This document shows positions 24,933 through 26,200 of a stretch of DNA of 26,200 bases, in pieces. The stretch is from Candidatus Nanohaloarchaea archaeon (GTDB lineage: Archaea > Nanohalarchaeota > Nanosalinia > Nanosalinales > Nanosalinaceae), in NCBI GenBank assembly GCA_042217695.1, contig JBDGSE010000020.1:1-26200 (forward strand), written 5' to 3'. The notes under the pieces are model-generated. The model was not told the DNA's origin. It worked only from the letters and a program-made list of their open reading frames with translations, and did no database searches. Within the stretch, counting starts at the first letter, position 1. Every line of letters begins with the position of its first letter. The position numbers were made by a program, and so were the translations under genes.

Positions 24933-26200
24933 TTATTCAGTGGCGTTCACCTTTATTGTTATAGTCCCGTTGTAGGTCCCGTTGTACTTTCCGTAGGGTA
25001 TCTCCTGCCAGAAGCACTGGGTGACCGAGCCCCCGGAGCCAAGGTAGCCGACTATCCGGGAGAACGTGCTGTGAAGAGGTTCGCTGCCCATGTAGGAGCA
25101 GGAACTCTCCATCGCCCATGAAGTGTTTTCCGGCAGTATCCTCCTGTTGGCGGTGTCTGGACCGGTCTTTCTCTTCAGCGGAGTCATCTTCATCCATAGA
25201 CCTCCTGTGGCGGCGTTCGAGTTCTCGTCCAGTTTCACTGTGTACTCTCCCTCGCCGTTTCTTGGCGCGGAAAGTACGTCTCCAGGTGTGCCGGTGCCGA
25301 ACGCCAGGTACTCGTAGGTGACGTTCATTATCAGGACGAGGTCTATCCTGACCCTGCTGTCCTCGGTGTCGTTGTTTTTCGTGTTTTCTCCCTCCAGCAG
25401 GGCGTCCAGCGCGTGGTGAGAGTTCAAGTCACCGGTGGCATTGACCTGCCAGTCGATGTAGCAGCTCTCACCCTGTGCGAGTGTGCCGCAAGACTTCTGG
25501 TTCTGGCCAACAGTGTAGAAAGGTGTTCCGGAGCCCTCGGGAATCGCTGTTCCGGCGGTAGTTCCCGATGCGTTATACCTCATCGTGGCGTTCACCTGTC
25601 CACAGTCCCCCGCGTTACAGGTTACAGAGACGTTCGCGGTGAAAGTCTGGTTCTGTGCCAGAGTGGTCTGGTTGGGCGGTTCTAACAGGTCGCCGGTGAG
25701 GTAGGCGGTCACGTCGCTTACAAGATTAACCGTCTCCGAGGCAGTGTCCTGCGAGGAAGTGTTGTAGTAGAGCGAGGGCGCGTCCTGTATCCTGCATGAC
25801 CACGTCTTCTCGCCCGTTGAGAGACCAGAGGTATTGTAGAAGTAGACTGCCTCCCCTGTCGTGTCGGTAGCGTTAGAACCTATGAAGCTGCCGCTGTCAT
25901 CGTAAAACGCCACGGAGTAGTTAGCGATTCCGTCCCCGGTAGCGTTGTCGTATACCCCGCACTTGAGTTTGGTGCTGTTGCTCTTCTCCACGGTTCCTGT
26001 AGGCGAAAGCCACTCCACCCGGGAGTAGCCCCAGACATCGAACTTCAGGTACTGCAGCGTGTCGTTCAGGTTGCCTTTCGTGTCGTTGGCGTAGGTCTTT
26101 ATCCAGTGCTCGCCGACGGACCAGTTACCGTCCGTCTTCAGCGTGTAGTTCGTCCAGTTATCCGTGTACGGCTTCGAGATGAAATCCTGCGTGAAGCTGG
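24933..26200 (-). CDS. C-terminal part of a large secreted Ig-repeat protein ending in a subunit-like domain (5'-truncated by the window edge), candidate tip adhesin
   Basis: The frame stays open from 26198 (SFTQDFISKPYTDNW...YANDTKGNLN...) to the stop at 24933, so GTG 26018 is internal. No terminal TM. Ends LAFGTGTPG...EIPYGKYNGTYNGTITIKVNATE. Confidence 0.8.
   Translation of the reverse strand, partial: SFTQDFISKPYTDNWTNYTLKTDGNWSVGEHWIKTYANDTKGNLNDTLQYLKFDVWGYSRVEWLSPTGTVEKSNSTKLKCGVYDNATGDGIANYSVAFYDDSGSFIGSNATDTTGEAVYFYNTSGLSTGEKTWSCRIQDAPSLYYNTSSQDTASETVNLVSDVTAYLTGDLLEPPNQTTLAQNQTFTANVSVTCNAGDCGQVNATMRYNASGTTAGTAIPEGSGTPFYTVGQNQKSCGTLAQGESCYIDWQVNATGDLNSHHALDALLEGENTKNNDTEDSRVRIDLVLIMNVTYEYLAFGTGTPGDVLSAPRNGEGEYTVKLDENSNAATGGLWMKMTPLKRKTGPDTANRRILPENTSWAMESSCSYMGSEPLHSTFSRIVGYLGSGGSVTQCFWQEIPYGKYNGTYNGTITIKVNATE

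Noticed and set aside
1..26200. Mobile elements, RNA genes, defence systems or diversity-generating retroelement
   Set aside because: No transposase, integrase, reverse transcriptase, cas gene, tRNA/rRNA-like segment or near-identical TR/VR pair was seen. Intergenic gaps are all under 200 bp.

Overview
Gene-dense archaeal window, most consistent with a halophilic DPANN lineage such as Nanohaloarchaeota. This is inferred from the very acidic cytoplasmic proteins, class III signal peptides, GGTG(A/G) Shine-Dalgarno motifs and TATA boxes about 21-28 nt before leaderless ATGs. Apart from ppsA (PEP synthase with an unexpected C-terminal DUF2582-like winged helix) and a MinD/ParA ATPase, the window is almost entirely a cell-surface appendage locus. 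It has four parts. (1) A truncated pilin converges on an operon of five type IV pilin-like genes. (2) A divergent pair of operons encodes two tandem paralogous secreted subunits with a candidate N-terminal donor beta-strand, a DUF916/DUF3324 (WxL-interacting)-like membrane protein, a membrane-anchored subunit-like protein and a large surface protein ending in a cytoplasmic C2H2 finger. (3) A MoxR-DUF58-vWA module is followed by an acidic zinc-finger protein and an HExxH membrane protease. (4) An opposite-strand operon's large first protein ends in the same subunit-like fold. The two best leads are a putative non-type-IV, donor-strand-type archaeal fibre system and two genes that appear to start at ATC codons placed where neighbouring genes have ATG. 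All family assignments come from motif recognition by eye; no searches were run.
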